Counted from the stretch's first letter, positions 1 to 9,202 are shown. The stretch: DNA of 64,000 bases from a bacterium (GCA_030649135.1 JAUSGI010000004.1:1-64000); one strand, 5' to 3'. The notes: generated by a model from the sequence alone, not told the origin. A program made the numbers and translations.

Positions 1-378
1 CGAGCCGAAGAATTCTCTGTGCGGGGCAAAGGAGAGAAGGTCCGAGTAGTTTTTCTTTCTTCAGAAGCAAAAAGTGCCATCAAAAAATATCTTGAAAAAC
101 GGAAAGATATAGATAACGACTCAATGTTCCCAGTAACCGCCCGTTCCATCCAAAGAATCATTAAACACTATGCTATTAAGGCCGGTATTTCCAAGAAAGT
201 GACACCGCACGTAGTGCGCCACATGTTTGCCACCGACCTCTTAAGTAATGGTGCCGACCTTCGCAGTGTCCAAATGCTTCTTGGTCACGCTAATATCGCC
301 ACCACCCAAATCTATACTCACGTTACCGACAAAGCTCTTAGGGAAACCCACAAAAAGTTTCATTCGAGAAGGAAATAA
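1..378 (+). CDS. Tyrosine recombinase (XerC/XerD/phage-integrase family), C-terminal part; gene starts upstream of the window
   Basis: Frame continues from base 1 (…EFSVRGKGEKVRVVFLS…). C-terminal catalytic region LLGHANIATTQIYTHV with the conserved Tyr is typical of tyrosine recombinases. Confidence 0.8.
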   Translation, partial: RAEEFSVRGKGEKVRVVFLSSEAKSAIKKYLEKRKDIDNDSMFPVTARSIQRIIKHYAIKAGISKKVTPHVVRHMFATDLLSNGADLRSVQMLLGHANIATTQIYTHVTDKALRETHKKFHSRRK

Positions 379-443
379 TTTATTACTTGTATTTTTGGTC
401 CCGTCTTGGTATAAAGACCACGGACGCTTTAAAAGAGAGTGAA

Positions 444-743
444 ATGTCTCAAGATGAAATGTCGGAAGATGCGATCGAAGACGACGATTTCGATCAAGAT
501 AACCCAAAGAATTTGTGCTGGGCTATCATGGTGAACCCCGTGAAGCGAAGTTGGTACATCTGCTCGATCGAGAAAGGCGCAGAAGTTGGAGAGCGCCCCG
601 ATTTGTGCGGATACGACGAGAATGACATTGTTGGGGCTTTCTTCGATCAAGAGACCGATGCTTTTCTCGTGGCTCTTATTGAGCTTGGTGGTGATTCCGT
701 CGAGTTGGGAGGTAAGATTGAGTCGGTACTCAGTTTCGTTTAG
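444..743 (+). CDS. Hypothetical acidic protein (Asp/Glu-rich)
   Basis: ORF with an AGAGAGTGA SD-like sequence before ATG 444 (the longer 387 start is less likely). No recognizable domain. Lies between the recombinase and the Doc toxin. Confidence 0.4.
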   Translation: MSQDEMSEDAIEDDDFDQDNPKNLCWAIMVNPVKRSWYICSIEKGAEVGERPDLCGYDENDIVGAFFDQETDAFLVALIELGGDSVELGGKIESVLSFV

Positions 744-773
744 GTAATAATAAGTTGAATATGCTATAATGCA

Positions 774-968
774 TTGCAAATGATGACATTTATTACAAAT
801 TTGTTTAAAAAACAGGACAAATCGGTAGATATTAAAAGAGTTGCGGAAGAGCAACTCCAGGAGAATGTGCAAGTAATTAAATCACTACGCGACTATGATG
901 AAGGAAAAAAAGATATTTCAACCACTAACATCGAAAAACGTATGCCAAATATACGAGTTACTCGTTAA
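774..968 (+). CDS. Possible small antitoxin partner of the downstream Doc toxin (speculative)
   Basis: 64-aa ORF immediately upstream of, and overlapping, the Doc-family gene in another frame, the usual position of Phd-type antitoxins. No sequence motif was recognized. Confidence 0.25.
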   Translation: MQMMTFITNLFKKQDKSVDIKRVAEEQLQENVQVIKSLRDYDEGKKDISTTNIEKRMPNIRVTR

Positions 969-1311
969 ACACGAACTCGTTTCTTTTACCATTACCCCTG
1001 ATGGTATATCTAAAGTTGAGGCTCTTGTTGCTAACATAACAAATGCATACTTTGGCGAAGAGATTTATAAATCAACAGAAGAAAAAGTTGTTGCTTATTT
1101 GTACTTCCTAATTAAAGATCACCCGTTCATTGACGGAAATAAAAGAACGGCTTGTCTCACTTTCGAGGTTGCCTGCGCTGTGAACGATTTGTCACCAAAC
1201 TATAAAGGATTAGGGCTGGATTCTTTAGCAGTATTTATTGAAAAGATCCAAGAACCAAATCACCATGAAACGATTAAATCTCTTGTTAGAATACTTTTTC
1301 ATATTACATAG
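895..1311 (+). CDS. Doc/Fic-family toxin (death-on-curing type)
   Basis: Motif HPFIDGNKRTA matches the Fic/Doc core HxFx(D/E)GN(K/G)R. At about 138 aa it is Doc-sized. Confidence 0.7.
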   Translation: MMKEKKIFQPLTSKNVCQIYELLVKHELVSFTITPDGISKVEALVANITNAYFGEEIYKSTEEKVVAYLYFLIKDHPFIDGNKRTACLTFEVACAVNDLSPNYKGLGLDSLAVFIEKIQEPNHHETIKSLVRILFHIT

Positions 1312-1367
1312 TTGACAAAACTTGGGGCAGTTTGATACACTAGTGAAGCAACAAGTTTGATTGAGGT

Positions 1368-1389
1368 GGGTTCGCCGGAAGGCGAACCC
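1368..1389 (+). terminator. Perfect 9-bp stem hairpin (gggttcgcc-ggaa-ggcgaaccc) just upstream of nusA
   Basis: Inverted repeat seen directly. Followed by atttcgtaaaaaa, so the T-tract is weak; it could be a terminator or attenuator of the Doc gene. Confidence 0.4.
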
Positions 1390-1409
1390 ATTTCGTAAAA
1401 AATACAAAT

Positions 1410-2579
1410 ATGTTTGATTTAAAAGTTATCAATTCGGTGCTCGGCGAACTGGAAGAAGTGCGCGGTATTCCGCGCGCCTCAATTATTGAAGCGATAGAAG
1501 CGGCGCTCGCCACTGCTTATAAAAAGGAATACGGTAAAAAGGGCCAAATTATTCGCACCACCTTTGATTCCAATACTGGTGAGACTCATTTTTTCCAAGT
1601 GAAGATTGTGGTGGATGACTCGCGTGTAATTTTCGATGATGAAGAAGAACCCAAGGAGGGTCCCGCCTCCGCCGAGGCTACGGCGGGCAAGGATGAGCGC
1701 GTGGTTTACAATTCCGAGCACCATATTCTCTTGGAAGATGCCCGTAAAATTAAGAAAGATGCCCAACTGGACGAAGAAATCATCTTTCCTGTCGAGTCGA
1801 AGGGTGACTACGGTCGCATTGCCGCTCAGACCGCCAAACAAGTCATCATGCAGAAAATTCGTGAGGCGGAGAAGATTCATCTTGTTTCCGAGTTCGGCAA
1901 ACGCGAAGGTGAAATTGTATCGGGTACCGTGCAGAGGATGGAGAGGGGTAATGTATTTGTTGACCTCGGTAAAGCACCCGGACTTTTGCCTTATGAGGAG
2001 CAGATTCCCGGTGAGCATTTCAGTCAAGGAGAGCGGGTGCGCGCTTATCTCTACCGAGTGGAAGAAAGTCCAAGAGGAGTGTTCTTGCGTCTCTCGCGTT
2101 CACACCCCAAGTTTCTGGAAAAGCTTTTTGAATCAGAAACCCCCGAGTTGGCGAATGGCGCGGTAGTTATCAAAGCGATTGCTCGGGAAGCTGGCTATCG
2201 TTCCAAAATCGCCGCGGTAGCTCTCGACAACCACATCGACCCGGTAGGAGCGCTTGTGGGTCAGCGAGGAGTGCGAGTTTCTACTGTCATGTCTGAATTG
2301 CGCGGAGAAAAAATTGATATTATCGAGTGGTCCGCCGAGCCTAAGAAATTTATCGAAGAGGCTCTCTCACCGGCCAAGATTCTTAATATTGAAATTAATG
2401 ATGAAGAAAAAACCGCGACCGTAATGGTTTCCGAAGACCAGCAGTCACTCGCCATAGGCAAAGGCGGGCAAAATGTACGTTTGGCGGCCAAACTTACCGG
2501 TTGGAGAATAGATATCCAGTCTGCCAAGGGTGTGGAGCTTGCAGTTGCCGACGTTCCGGAAGATAATAAAGCAGTATGA
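1410..2579 (+). CDS. nusA: Transcription termination/antitermination factor NusA
   Basis: N-terminal MFDLKVINSVLGELEEVRGIPRASIIEAIEAAL, an S1-like region and tandem KH regions; typical NusA architecture. Confidence 0.95.
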   Translation: MFDLKVINSVLGELEEVRGIPRASIIEAIEAALATAYKKEYGKKGQIIRTTFDSNTGETHFFQVKIVVDDSRVIFDDEEEPKEGPASAEATAGKDERVVYNSEHHILLEDARKIKKDAQLDEEIIFPVESKGDYGRIAAQTAKQVIMQKIREAEKIHLVSEFGKREGEIVSGTVQRMERGNVFVDLGKAPGLLPYEEQIPGEHFSQGERVRAYLYRVEESPRGVFLRLSRSHPKFLEKLFESETPELANGAVVIKAIAREAGYRSKIAAVALDNHIDPVGALVGQRGVRVSTVMSELRGEKIDIIEWSAEPKKFIEEALSPAKILNIEINDEEKTATVMVSEDQQSLAIGKGGQNVRLAAKLTGWRIDIQSAKGVELAVADVPEDNKAV

Positions 2580-3103
2580 ATCTCTGGCACGACATAGAAC
2601 CTGGCACTAAAGAAGCGATGAACGTCATCGTGGAAATTAATAAGGGTTCGAAGAACAAATACGAAATAGACAAAAAGACTGGCCTGATTGCTCTCGACCG
2701 GGTCTCTTACACTACGCAAGATTTTCCTTTCGACTACGGCTTTGTGCCGCGCTCACTTTGGCATGACAAAGACGCTTTGGATGTTGTGCTTTTAACCACC
2801 CATCCCCTATTGCCCGGAATTCTCGTGCGGGCACGTCCGATTGCTCTTTTGAACATGATAGATGGGGGCGAGGGCGATGACAAAATTATTGCGGTGCCTA
2901 TTGATGACCCGCGTTTCGATAAAATCCAGGACCTCGGCGATATCAACCCGCACACACTCAAAGAAATCGAGCACTTTTACTCTACCTATAAAAAACTGCA
3001 AAATAAGGAAGTGGAAGTGAAGGGTTTTAAGGGGAGACAGGACGCCCAGGCCGCATTTGAGGAAGGACTCAAGTTATACACAAAACAATTTGAGACTAAA
3101 TAA
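2576..3103 (+). CDS. ppa: Inorganic pyrophosphatase (family I)
   Basis: MNLWHDIEPG…NVIVEINKGSKNKYEIDKKTG…DVVLL, characteristic of soluble PPase. Its ATGA start overlaps the nusA stop. Confidence 0.9.
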   Translation: MNLWHDIEPGTKEAMNVIVEINKGSKNKYEIDKKTGLIALDRVSYTTQDFPFDYGFVPRSLWHDKDALDVVLLTTHPLLPGILVRARPIALLNMIDGGEGDDKIIAVPIDDPRFDKIQDLGDINPHTLKEIEHFYSTYKKLQNKEVEVKGFKGRQDAQAAFEEGLKLYTKQFETK

Positions 3104-3112
3104 AAGAGGTTT

Positions 3113-3134
3113 GCCTACCTACCGATAGGCAGGT
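3113..3134. repeat. GC-rich palindromic motif, family A (gcctacct…aggcagg), copy 1
   Basis: gcctacctaccgataggcaggt. Related copies at 11422-11440 and 44728-44747. Confidence 0.5.
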
Positions 3135-3179
3135 TATAATGGGGGTATTATTACTAACGTTGGATTAAGACTATTAAGC

Positions 3180-3908
3180 ATGAAGAAACAATATTTTTCT
3201 GTCCTTATTTGCTTGGCGCTTGTGTTGGGAGCATTTTCTCCGGTATTGGCAGAAACAGCAACAGGGACAAAGGGCAATATCAACTCAACAACTAGGGCAA
3301 ACTACGAAGCCCAGAGAGTAAAGATGGAAGCTCAACGCGCGAAAATGAGGGCCGAGGCGGAAACTAGAAAGGCGGACGCAGAGTCCAAGGGCGATGAAGT
3401 TCGGGCTAGGCGCGAAGCCAAGAGCCTCGAACTTGAAACCAGAAGGGCGGAGATGGATACTAAACGGGAAGCCAAAAGAGTGGAGGCCGAAGCCAAAAGA
3501 GTTGAAGCCCAGAGCAAGCGGGTGGCGTTCCAAGAGGAAGCCGCTAAGCGCCAAGTGGAAAATGTCACCAAAGTCATTTTGGCCACCATCGGACGTCTCG
3601 AGACAAACATTATCGTACGAGTGGAATCTAGAATTGCCAAGGTTAAGGCTCGAGGAGGTGTTACTACCGAAAGCGAGGGGTTTATAGCCGCAGCCAAGGT
3701 GAACCTTGCTAATGCCAAGGCAGTCGTGGCTACTTTTGCCGGTATTGATCTCTCAAGTGAGAAGGCTCGCGAAAACTTCGAGAAAATCCGTACCGCGGCC
3801 AAAGAAGCACGAGAACATATTCGGGCTGCCCATCAAAATTTGATGATGGCGGTGCGGTCGCTTGGTTCGGTTGAAGTGAAAATAGAAACTGATGACTCGG
3901 TGGAATAG
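3180..3908 (+). CDS. Secreted coiled-coil protein (signal peptide; EAKRVEA repeats)
   Basis: N-terminal hydrophobic signal MKKQYFSVLICLALVLGAFSPVLA, then Ala/Lys/Glu/Arg heptad-like repeats. No catalytic motif. Confidence 0.6.
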   Translation: MKKQYFSVLICLALVLGAFSPVLAETATGTKGNINSTTRANYEAQRVKMEAQRAKMRAEAETRKADAESKGDEVRARREAKSLELETRRAEMDTKREAKRVEAEAKRVEAQSKRVAFQEEAAKRQVENVTKVILATIGRLETNIIVRVESRIAKVKARGGVTTESEGFIAAAKVNLANAKAVVATFAGIDLSSEKARENFEKIRTAAKEAREHIRAAHQNLMMAVRSLGSVEVKIETDDSVE

Positions 3909-3932
3909 TAATTATTCTTAACTAATATTGAA

Positions 3933-4190
3933 ATGGACGGAGAACAAAACAATGTAAATGTGGGCGCGGGAGAAGGTGGAGGCTCGAGCGGTCCTATCAT
4001 CGGGGCCATAGTTATTCTAGCTATTGTAGTACTTGGCGGTTTCTACTTCTGGAATCAGCGCGGTGGTAAGGAAATCACAAACGACACTACCAATACCCAG
4101 ACCGGAGCGGATGACGCCGCCGCTGCTATTGAAGCAGACCTTGATACGGTAGACATTGAAAATCTTGACGCGGAATTGAACGCCTCATAA
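3933..4190 (+). CDS. Small membrane protein (single TM helix, acidic tail)
   Basis: Gly-rich N-terminus, TM segment IIGAIVILAIVVLGGFYFW, then an Asp/Ala-rich tail. Confidence 0.4.
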   Translation: MDGEQNNVNVGAGEGGGSSGPIIGAIVILAIVVLGGFYFWNQRGGKEITNDTTNTQTGADDAAAAIEADLDTVDIENLDAELNAS

Positions 4191-4210
4191 GTTGGGGTTT
4201 CCGTGGACAT

Positions 4211-4249
4211 AACAAAGAGCCCGATAGTTGCGCTATCGGGCTCTTTGTT
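4211..4249 (+). terminator. Perfect 17-bp stem hairpin (aacaaagagcccgatag-ttgcg-ctatcgggctctttgtt) between the small ORF and clpP
   Basis: Inverted repeat seen directly. No clear U-tract follows; it may be a terminator, an RNA processing site or a regulatory element. Confidence 0.5.
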
Positions 4250-4263
4250 ATACGCTACTCGCC

Positions 4264-4839
4264 ATGGGTTATTTAATTCCAACAGTAATAGAAAAAAGCC
4301 AGTTCGGAGAGCGGGCATATGATATTTACTCGCGCCTTTTGCGTGAAAGAATAGTTTTTCTAGCTGGACCTATCAACGATGAGGTGGCCAACATTGTTAT
4401 TGCCCAACTTCTTTTTCTCCAGTCTGAAGACCCGAAGAAGGACATTTCCCTTTATGTTAATTCTCCCGGAGGTGCTGTCACGGCAGGGCTCGCCATCATT
4501 GATTGCATGAATCATATCAAGCCGAATGTTTCCACTGTTTGTTTAGGACTAGCTGCTTCGATGGGCGCTTGGATTCTTTCTTCCGGGCAAAAGGGTAAAC
4601 GTTTTGCCCTTCCCAATGCAGAAATCATGATCCACCAACCGCTTGGAGGAGTCGAAGGTCAGGCTGCCGATATCGAAATAGCCGCCAAACGCATTATTAA
4701 AAATCGTCAGACGATGAATGAGATTATGGCAAAAAATACTGGTCAGCCATTGGCTAAGGTTGCAAAAGACGTCGACAGGGACTTTTTTATGGACCCTGAA
4801 GAGGCCCAAAAATACGGCATCATAGACAAGATTCTATAA
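4264..4839 (+). CDS. clpP: ATP-dependent Clp protease proteolytic subunit ClpP
   Basis: [15 protein letters not shown]…VNSPGGAV…GLAASMGA…MIHQPLGG, the ClpP Ser/His region. Start at ATG 4264 is preferred over the 4228 ORF start, which runs through the hairpin. Confidence 0.95.
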   Translation: MGYLIPTVIEKSQFGERAYDIYSRLLRERIVFLAGPINDEVANIVIAQLLFLQSEDPKKDISLYVNSPGGAVTAGLAIIDCMNHIKPNVSTVCLGLAASMGAWILSSGQKGKRFALPNAEIMIHQPLGGVEGQAADIEIAAKRIIKNRQTMNEIMAKNTGQPLAKVAKDVDRDFFMDPEEAQKYGIIDKIL

Positions 4840-4937
4840 CTGTAGTAGACTTCGGGTGTTCACTTAAAAAATTAATTAAAAAGTTTCGTTTCCCTCCTGC
4901 TTTTACGGTTACGACAGTCTGATTCCCCTCTACGTCT

Positions 4938-6467
4938 ATGTCTCTTAAATTAGCGCTACTTTTAGCATTGCTCGCCGCATCGGCCGGTATCGGCTTCGGT
5001 TATTTGTTGCGCCTCTTAATTTCCCTTGGCAAGAAGGGTTCGATGGAGCTCGACATCAAGCAGATGGAGCTTTCCGCCAAAGAGGAGGCGCAGAGGGTTA
5101 TCTCGGAAGCGGAAACTCAAGCGGCAGAAATTATCCAAAAAACTCAAAAAGAATTTAAAGAACGTGAAGAACGGGTTAAAAAAACCGAAGACCGTCTGGT
5201 GACCAAAGAAGAATTTCTCGACAAACGTCAGCTCGATTTGGATAAGGAGGTGGAGCATGTCAGACAAAAAGTGACGGAAACAGCCTCTCTCCGGGAGGAA
5301 GCGGAGACACTGGTCGAAGCTCGCCAGACGGAGCTTTCTAAGGTAGCCGGGCTGTCTCATGGCGAAGCTAAAAATGAACTCTTGAGAGTCGTAGAAAAGG
5401 ATGCCGAGGAAGATATTCTCATCCGTATGCAAAAACTTGAAATTGAAAGTGGAGAACGTCTCGAAGCGCGCGCCAAGGAAATTCTCTCCACTACGATTCA
5501 GAGATTGGCGGTCTCGACTGCTAGTGCCATGATGGGTACGACGGTTTCTCTGCCGTCGGACGAATTGAAAGGCAAAATTATCGGCAAAGAGGGTAGGAAT
5601 ATTAAAGCATTTGAACGCGCTACCGGGGTGGAGGTGATAGTGGATGATACCCCCAATTCCATTACCCTGTCCTCTTTCGACCCTGTACGCAGGGCAGTAG
5701 CAAAATTGGCGCTGGATAACCTGATTCTCGATGGGCGTATTCAGCCGGCCAAGATTGAAGAATTTGTGGAGCAGGCCACAGCTGAAACAAATAAAATTAT
5801 CAAAGAGAAGGGCGAGCAGGCGGCCATTGAATGCGGAGTCTACAATCTTGATTCGAAACTAGTCTCTCTTTTGGGCCGTCTGTATTTTCGTTCCAGTTAT
5901 GGCCAGAACGTGCTTGACCACTCCATAGAGATGAGCCACTTGGCGGGGATGATTGCCACCGAAGTCGGGGCGGATGTAGCGACGGCGAAAGCCGGAGCTC
6001 TTTTGCACGATATCGGCAAGGCTCTTGACCATGAGGTTTCCGGCACACACGTCGACATAGGCAAGAGGATTTTGGCCAAGTTCAATATCCCCGAGGCCGT
6101 CATTCAAGCAATGCAGTCGCATCACGAGGAGTATCCATACGAAACTATTGAGTCCGTTATAGTTCAGACGGCGGATGCTATTTCTGGAGGAAGACCGGGG
6201 GCCCGCCGAGACACTGCCGAGCGTTATCTTAAGCGTCTTGGAGACCTAGAGGCTATTGCCCTCTCCTTTGATGGGGTGGAGAAGGCTTACGCTCTGGCCG
6301 CCGGCCGTGAAGTTCGTGTTTTCGTACTGCCTGACAAAATTTCTGACCTGGAGGCCAAACAAATGGCTAGAGATATCGCTCTACGTATCGAAAGTGAACT
6401 TAAATATCCCGGTGAGATTAAGGTTAATGTCATCCGCGAGGCCCGTTCTATAGAATTTGCCCGCTAG
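4938..6467 (+). CDS. rny: Ribonuclease Y
   Basis: N-terminal TM helix, coiled coil, KH domain (GKIIGKEGRNIKAFERATGVEVIVDD) and HD domain (HSIEMSHLAGMIA…LLHDIGKA). Confidence 0.95.
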   Translation: MSLKLALLLALLAASAGIGFGYLLRLLISLGKKGSMELDIKQMELSAKEEAQRVISEAETQAAEIIQKTQKEFKEREERVKKTEDRLVTKEEFLDKRQLDLDKEVEHVRQKVTETASLREEAETLVEARQTELSKVAGLSHGEAKNELLRVVEKDAEEDILIRMQKLEIESGERLEARAKEILSTTIQRLAVSTASAMMGTTVSLPSDELKGKIIGKEGRNIKAFERATGVEVIVDDTPNSITLSSFDPVRRAVAKLALDNLILDGRIQPAKIEEFVEQATAETNKIIKEKGEQAAIECGVYNLDSKLVSLLGRLYFRSSYGQNVLDHSIEMSHLAGMIATEVGADVATAKAGALLHDIGKALDHEVSGTHVDIGKRILAKFNIPEAVIQAMQSHHEEYPYETIESVIVQTADAISGGRPGARRDTAERYLKRLGDLEAIALSFDGVEKAYALAAGREVRVFVLPDKISDLEAKQMARDIALRIESELKYPGEIKVNVIREARSIEFAR

Positions 6468-6578
6468 CTTGCCCCGACTTGGCGTGGGTTGCTTAAAAAA
6501 CGGCTTAGTATATAATCAAAAGCGAGTTCACAGGTGTTCAAAGCTAGGATTTATCAAATAAAAAATAACAGTAGACAA

Positions 6579-6851
6579 ATGAATAAGGTAGATATTGCAA
6601 ACGCAGTGCACGGTAAGCTCAATGGTACGAAAGTGCAGGCAGAAGAGGTTGTTGATATTGTCATTGATTCCATCGTCTCTACTCTCAAGAAAGGAGGCGA
6701 AGTTTCAATTGCTGGTCTAGGCATCTTCTCAACCAAGGTGCGCGCAGCGCGCCAAGCTAGGAACCCTCGTACCGGTCAAGCTATCTCAGTGCCATCAATG
6801 CGAGTACCTAAGTTTCGCCCAGCTAAGGCCTTGAAGGAAGCAGTTAAGTAG
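6579..6851 (+). CDS. hup: DNA-binding protein HU
   Basis: MNKVDIANAV…GEVSIAGLGIFSTKVRAARQARNPRTGQAISVPS, the HU/IHF fold signature. Start at the internal Met 6579. Confidence 0.9.
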   Translation: MNKVDIANAVHGKLNGTKVQAEEVVDIVIDSIVSTLKKGGEVSIAGLGIFSTKVRAARQARNPRTGQAISVPSMRVPKFRPAKALKEAVK

Positions 6852-6873
6852 ATTTCGTTAAATTTCCCACAAA

Positions 6874-6902
6874 CAAAAAATCCGCTTCGGCGGGTTTTTT
6901 GT
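6874..6902 (+). terminator. Rho-independent terminator after hup
   Basis: aaaaaatccgc-ttcg-gcgggtttttt: GC stem plus T-tract. Confidence 0.8.
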
Positions 6903-7161
6903 TTGAAATAATATAAAAGAAAGCCGCCCCCTCGTTACGAAACGAAAGTTTGGCTTTCGTCTCGCCCGAGTGGGGCGGTTATGGGCGAAGCATTGCGCTT
7001 CGCCCAGCTTTTTAACGTGGTTCACCCCACGGAGCTGTGGTCTCGTTCGCATGTTATTCAGGAATGGCTAGTTCCCTACTCCTACATGCGAATCCCCACT
7101 CACGTTTCACCTAACGGGTTTTATTGTCTAGGAGTTGTCCTTCTCCCTGAGAGTTACGAGC

Positions 7162-7563
7162 TCAGACTCGTCTAGCGGCAGCGTAGAACTTCTCTGTCTC
7201 TAGAACAGCTTGTGGCCTCTGCATTCTGCTCCAACAACCGTCGCAACCGCAGGTGGCAGCGTGCAGAATGTTGTTCACTAGATGCGGTGAACACTCGGCG
7301 AAGTAGCAGACAACTTCACATTCTTCCTGCTCTTCGTCCCAGCGGATGAATCCCGGTGGAATTTCTCGCCATCCCCGCTGCGCTTTCAGCAGTGACTCGA
7401 GACTGGCGCCTGCCTCTATCGCCGTGCGTAAGGCTTTGAGTGACAGCCGACTACGACGTTCCACCACGACATTAATGCAATGGCGATCGAAGAGGATAAG
7501 AGCGTTTCTCCTTGCGTCCGCGCACCACTTCCTCGAACGATTTTCCCTAAGTGGATTCGGCAT
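7162..7563 (-). CDS. GC-rich Cys-rich protein, HNH-like Zn-finger nuclease-like (tentative)
   Basis: Cys pairs (WCADARRN…DRHC; CEVVCYFAEC; CGCDGC) flank HLVNNILH (H-x3-N-x4-H), reminiscent of HNH. SD GGGGGTGAAAGG before ATG 7563. Much GC-richer than neighbours (by eye). Confidence 0.35.
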   Translation of the reverse strand: MPNPLRENRSRKWCADARRNALILFDRHCINVVVERRSRLSLKALRTAIEAGASLESLLKAQRGWREIPPGFIRWDEEQEECEVVCYFAECSPHLVNNILHAATCGCDGCWSRMQRPQAVLETEKFYAAARRV

Positions 7564-7898
7564 CCTTTCACCCCCTCTTATTCTCACTAGCCAAGTGAGA
7601 TTGATTTTAAAGAACAGAGCGAACTATATTCGCTCTTCTGAAAATCCAATTGACATTAGAATTTCGGAAGAGCGAGCGAACGGTGTTTTGTCCGTTCGCT
7701 CGTTGAGCTGTTTTTACGCGCAAGGAGGGGCCAAAAGGCTCGTGCCATAACCCCATCCAGAGGATCACCGACGTATCAGTGTCGTAGTGGGATTTTCACT
7801 TGCGCAACCCCGGGCAAGGGATACTTCGCCTTTCTGCCCGATCAATTAAGCGGGATCCAGATAACCACCCCCTTCAGCGTGATGGTTTGTGTTGCCAA

Positions 7899-8192
7899 TT
7901 ACGTCTTGCTTCTCGTGATGACGGCGGTCGGGAAGTTCATCTTTACTGAGAATGCTTCGCCCTCAAGCGCGATACGATTCAGGGTCCTGGTGAGCTTCAT
8001 GTGCCACGTCAGATCAGATTCACCGGTCGCTGTTTCTAGCTCGATCTGCACCGCAGGACATCCGCACCGGAGAAAGTTAACTGCCATCTCACGGTGTGCA
8101 ACGGTATTCGTTGAGATAACCGGAACTTCACCCTCACGAATCGTCACCACATCAACTGACTGCGTGATGAACACTGCGCTTGAGATACTCAT
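7899..8192 (-). CDS. GC-rich hypothetical protein (97 aa)
   Basis: ORF with SD AAAGGGAGGGG before ATG 8192 and a consensus promoter upstream. No recognized domain. Confidence 0.4.
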   Translation of the reverse strand: MSISSAVFITQSVDVVTIREGEVPVISTNTVAHREMAVNFLRCGCPAVQIELETATGESDLTWHMKLTRTLNRIALEGEAFSVKMNFPTAVITRSKT

Positions 8193-8267
8193 TCCGCCCC
8201 TCCCTTTGTTGTTGGCTGAAAGAACATGAGCGAACCATTTCGCCCACCAAAACTTTCATCTGTAACC

Positions 8268-8296
8268 ATTATACGCTAATTTTTATAATATGTCAA
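8268..8296 (-). promoter_or_regulatory. Consensus sigma70-type promoter (TTGACA-17-TATAAT) on the minus strand, driving the 7899-8192 ORF
   Basis: Minus-strand reading TTGACAtattataaaaattagcgTATAAT; both hexamers perfect, spacer 17. Confidence 0.6.
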
Positions 8297-8396
8297 TATT
8301 TAGGTCAAATATTTCTATAGGTACTCAAAATATTGCTTATTTACTTGATTAATGTATGATAAAAATGTTGACCTTTAGGCCGACATATTTAACAAA

Positions 8397-9137
8397 ATGA
8401 CCTCAACAGACCTACAAAACATTGGATTAGATGGAAAAGAGTCTACGGCGTATTTGGCCCTTCTTGAGCTTGGCGAAGCCACTATGGGCGGGCTCGTGAA
8501 GAAGTCCGGCCTGAAGCGCACCACCCTCTACGACACCATCGAGTCGCTTAAAGGCAAGGGACTAGTCAGTACAGCCAAAAGGCAGAAGAAAATCATCTAT
8601 ATAGCTGAGGATCCTAGGAAGATCCTGGAACAACTGGATGAAAAGAAATCAGCAGTAGAGAAAATGCTTCCCGAACTACTCTCTATTACCAATACTCTGA
8701 AACAAAAGCCGCGCATTAGATATTTTGAAGGCCTAGAAGGCATTAAAGAAGTGTATCGAGATACGTTGCGCTATCCAGATCAAAAAGTTCAGGCCTGGGT
8801 TTCTGAAGAAATGGTTCTCGAGTTTGATAAAAAGTTCATGGACGAATACCCGAAGAAGCGCACGGAGAAAAAAATATGGGCAGAGGTAATTGCGCCTGAT
8901 CTGCCGGAAATTCAGCGTTATAAAGGGCTCGATACAGCCTCACTCCGTACTACGCGACTCATTGATCCGGAGCGGTTCCCGCTTGCAGTCGAAATTAGCC
9001 TATATGGACCAGATCGCATCGGCATCATGTCGTTCCAAGACCAGCTAGGACTTATTATCGAAAGTGGTCCCATGGCCCGTACCTTAAAAAGTATCTTCGC
9101 TCTTCAATGGGAATCACTCGAAGATACTAAAGGATAA
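8397..9137 (+). CDS. TrmB-family transcriptional regulator (N-terminal wHTH)
   Basis: N-terminus LGLDGKESTAYLALLELGEATMGGLVKKSGLKRTTLYDTIESLKGKGLV matches the TrmB HTH. Confidence 0.75.
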   Translation: MTSTDLQNIGLDGKESTAYLALLELGEATMGGLVKKSGLKRTTLYDTIESLKGKGLVSTAKRQKKIIYIAEDPRKILEQLDEKKSAVEKMLPELLSITNTLKQKPRIRYFEGLEGIKEVYRDTLRYPDQKVQAWVSEEMVLEFDKKFMDEYPKKRTEKKIWAEVIAPDLPEIQRYKGLDTASLRTTRLIDPERFPLAVEISLYGPDRIGIMSFQDQLGLIIESGPMARTLKSIFALQWESLEDTKG

Positions 9138-9202
9138 AAACCATCCATAAACTTATTCACTTCCCTCTACACTTATAATCCGCTATAGCGTACTATAGAT
9201 GT

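Noticed and set aside
1636-2166. 176-aa ORF inside nusA in another frame, and similar antisense or alternate-frame ORFs inside fusA, tuf, rny, pilB, recJ and purB (for example 49297-49878, 52556-53218, 37355-37909)
   Set aside because: They are fully embedded in well-supported conserved genes, have low-complexity or biased composition, and are typical out-of-frame artefacts.
6905-7160. tmRNA or RNase P RNA in the structured GC-rich stretch after hup
   Set aside because: I looked for RNase P P4 strands (AGGAAAGTCCGGGC / ACAGAACCCGGCTTA) and tmRNA ends (GGGG… / …TTCGA…CCACCA) on both strands and did not find them. It is left as unassigned structured sequence.
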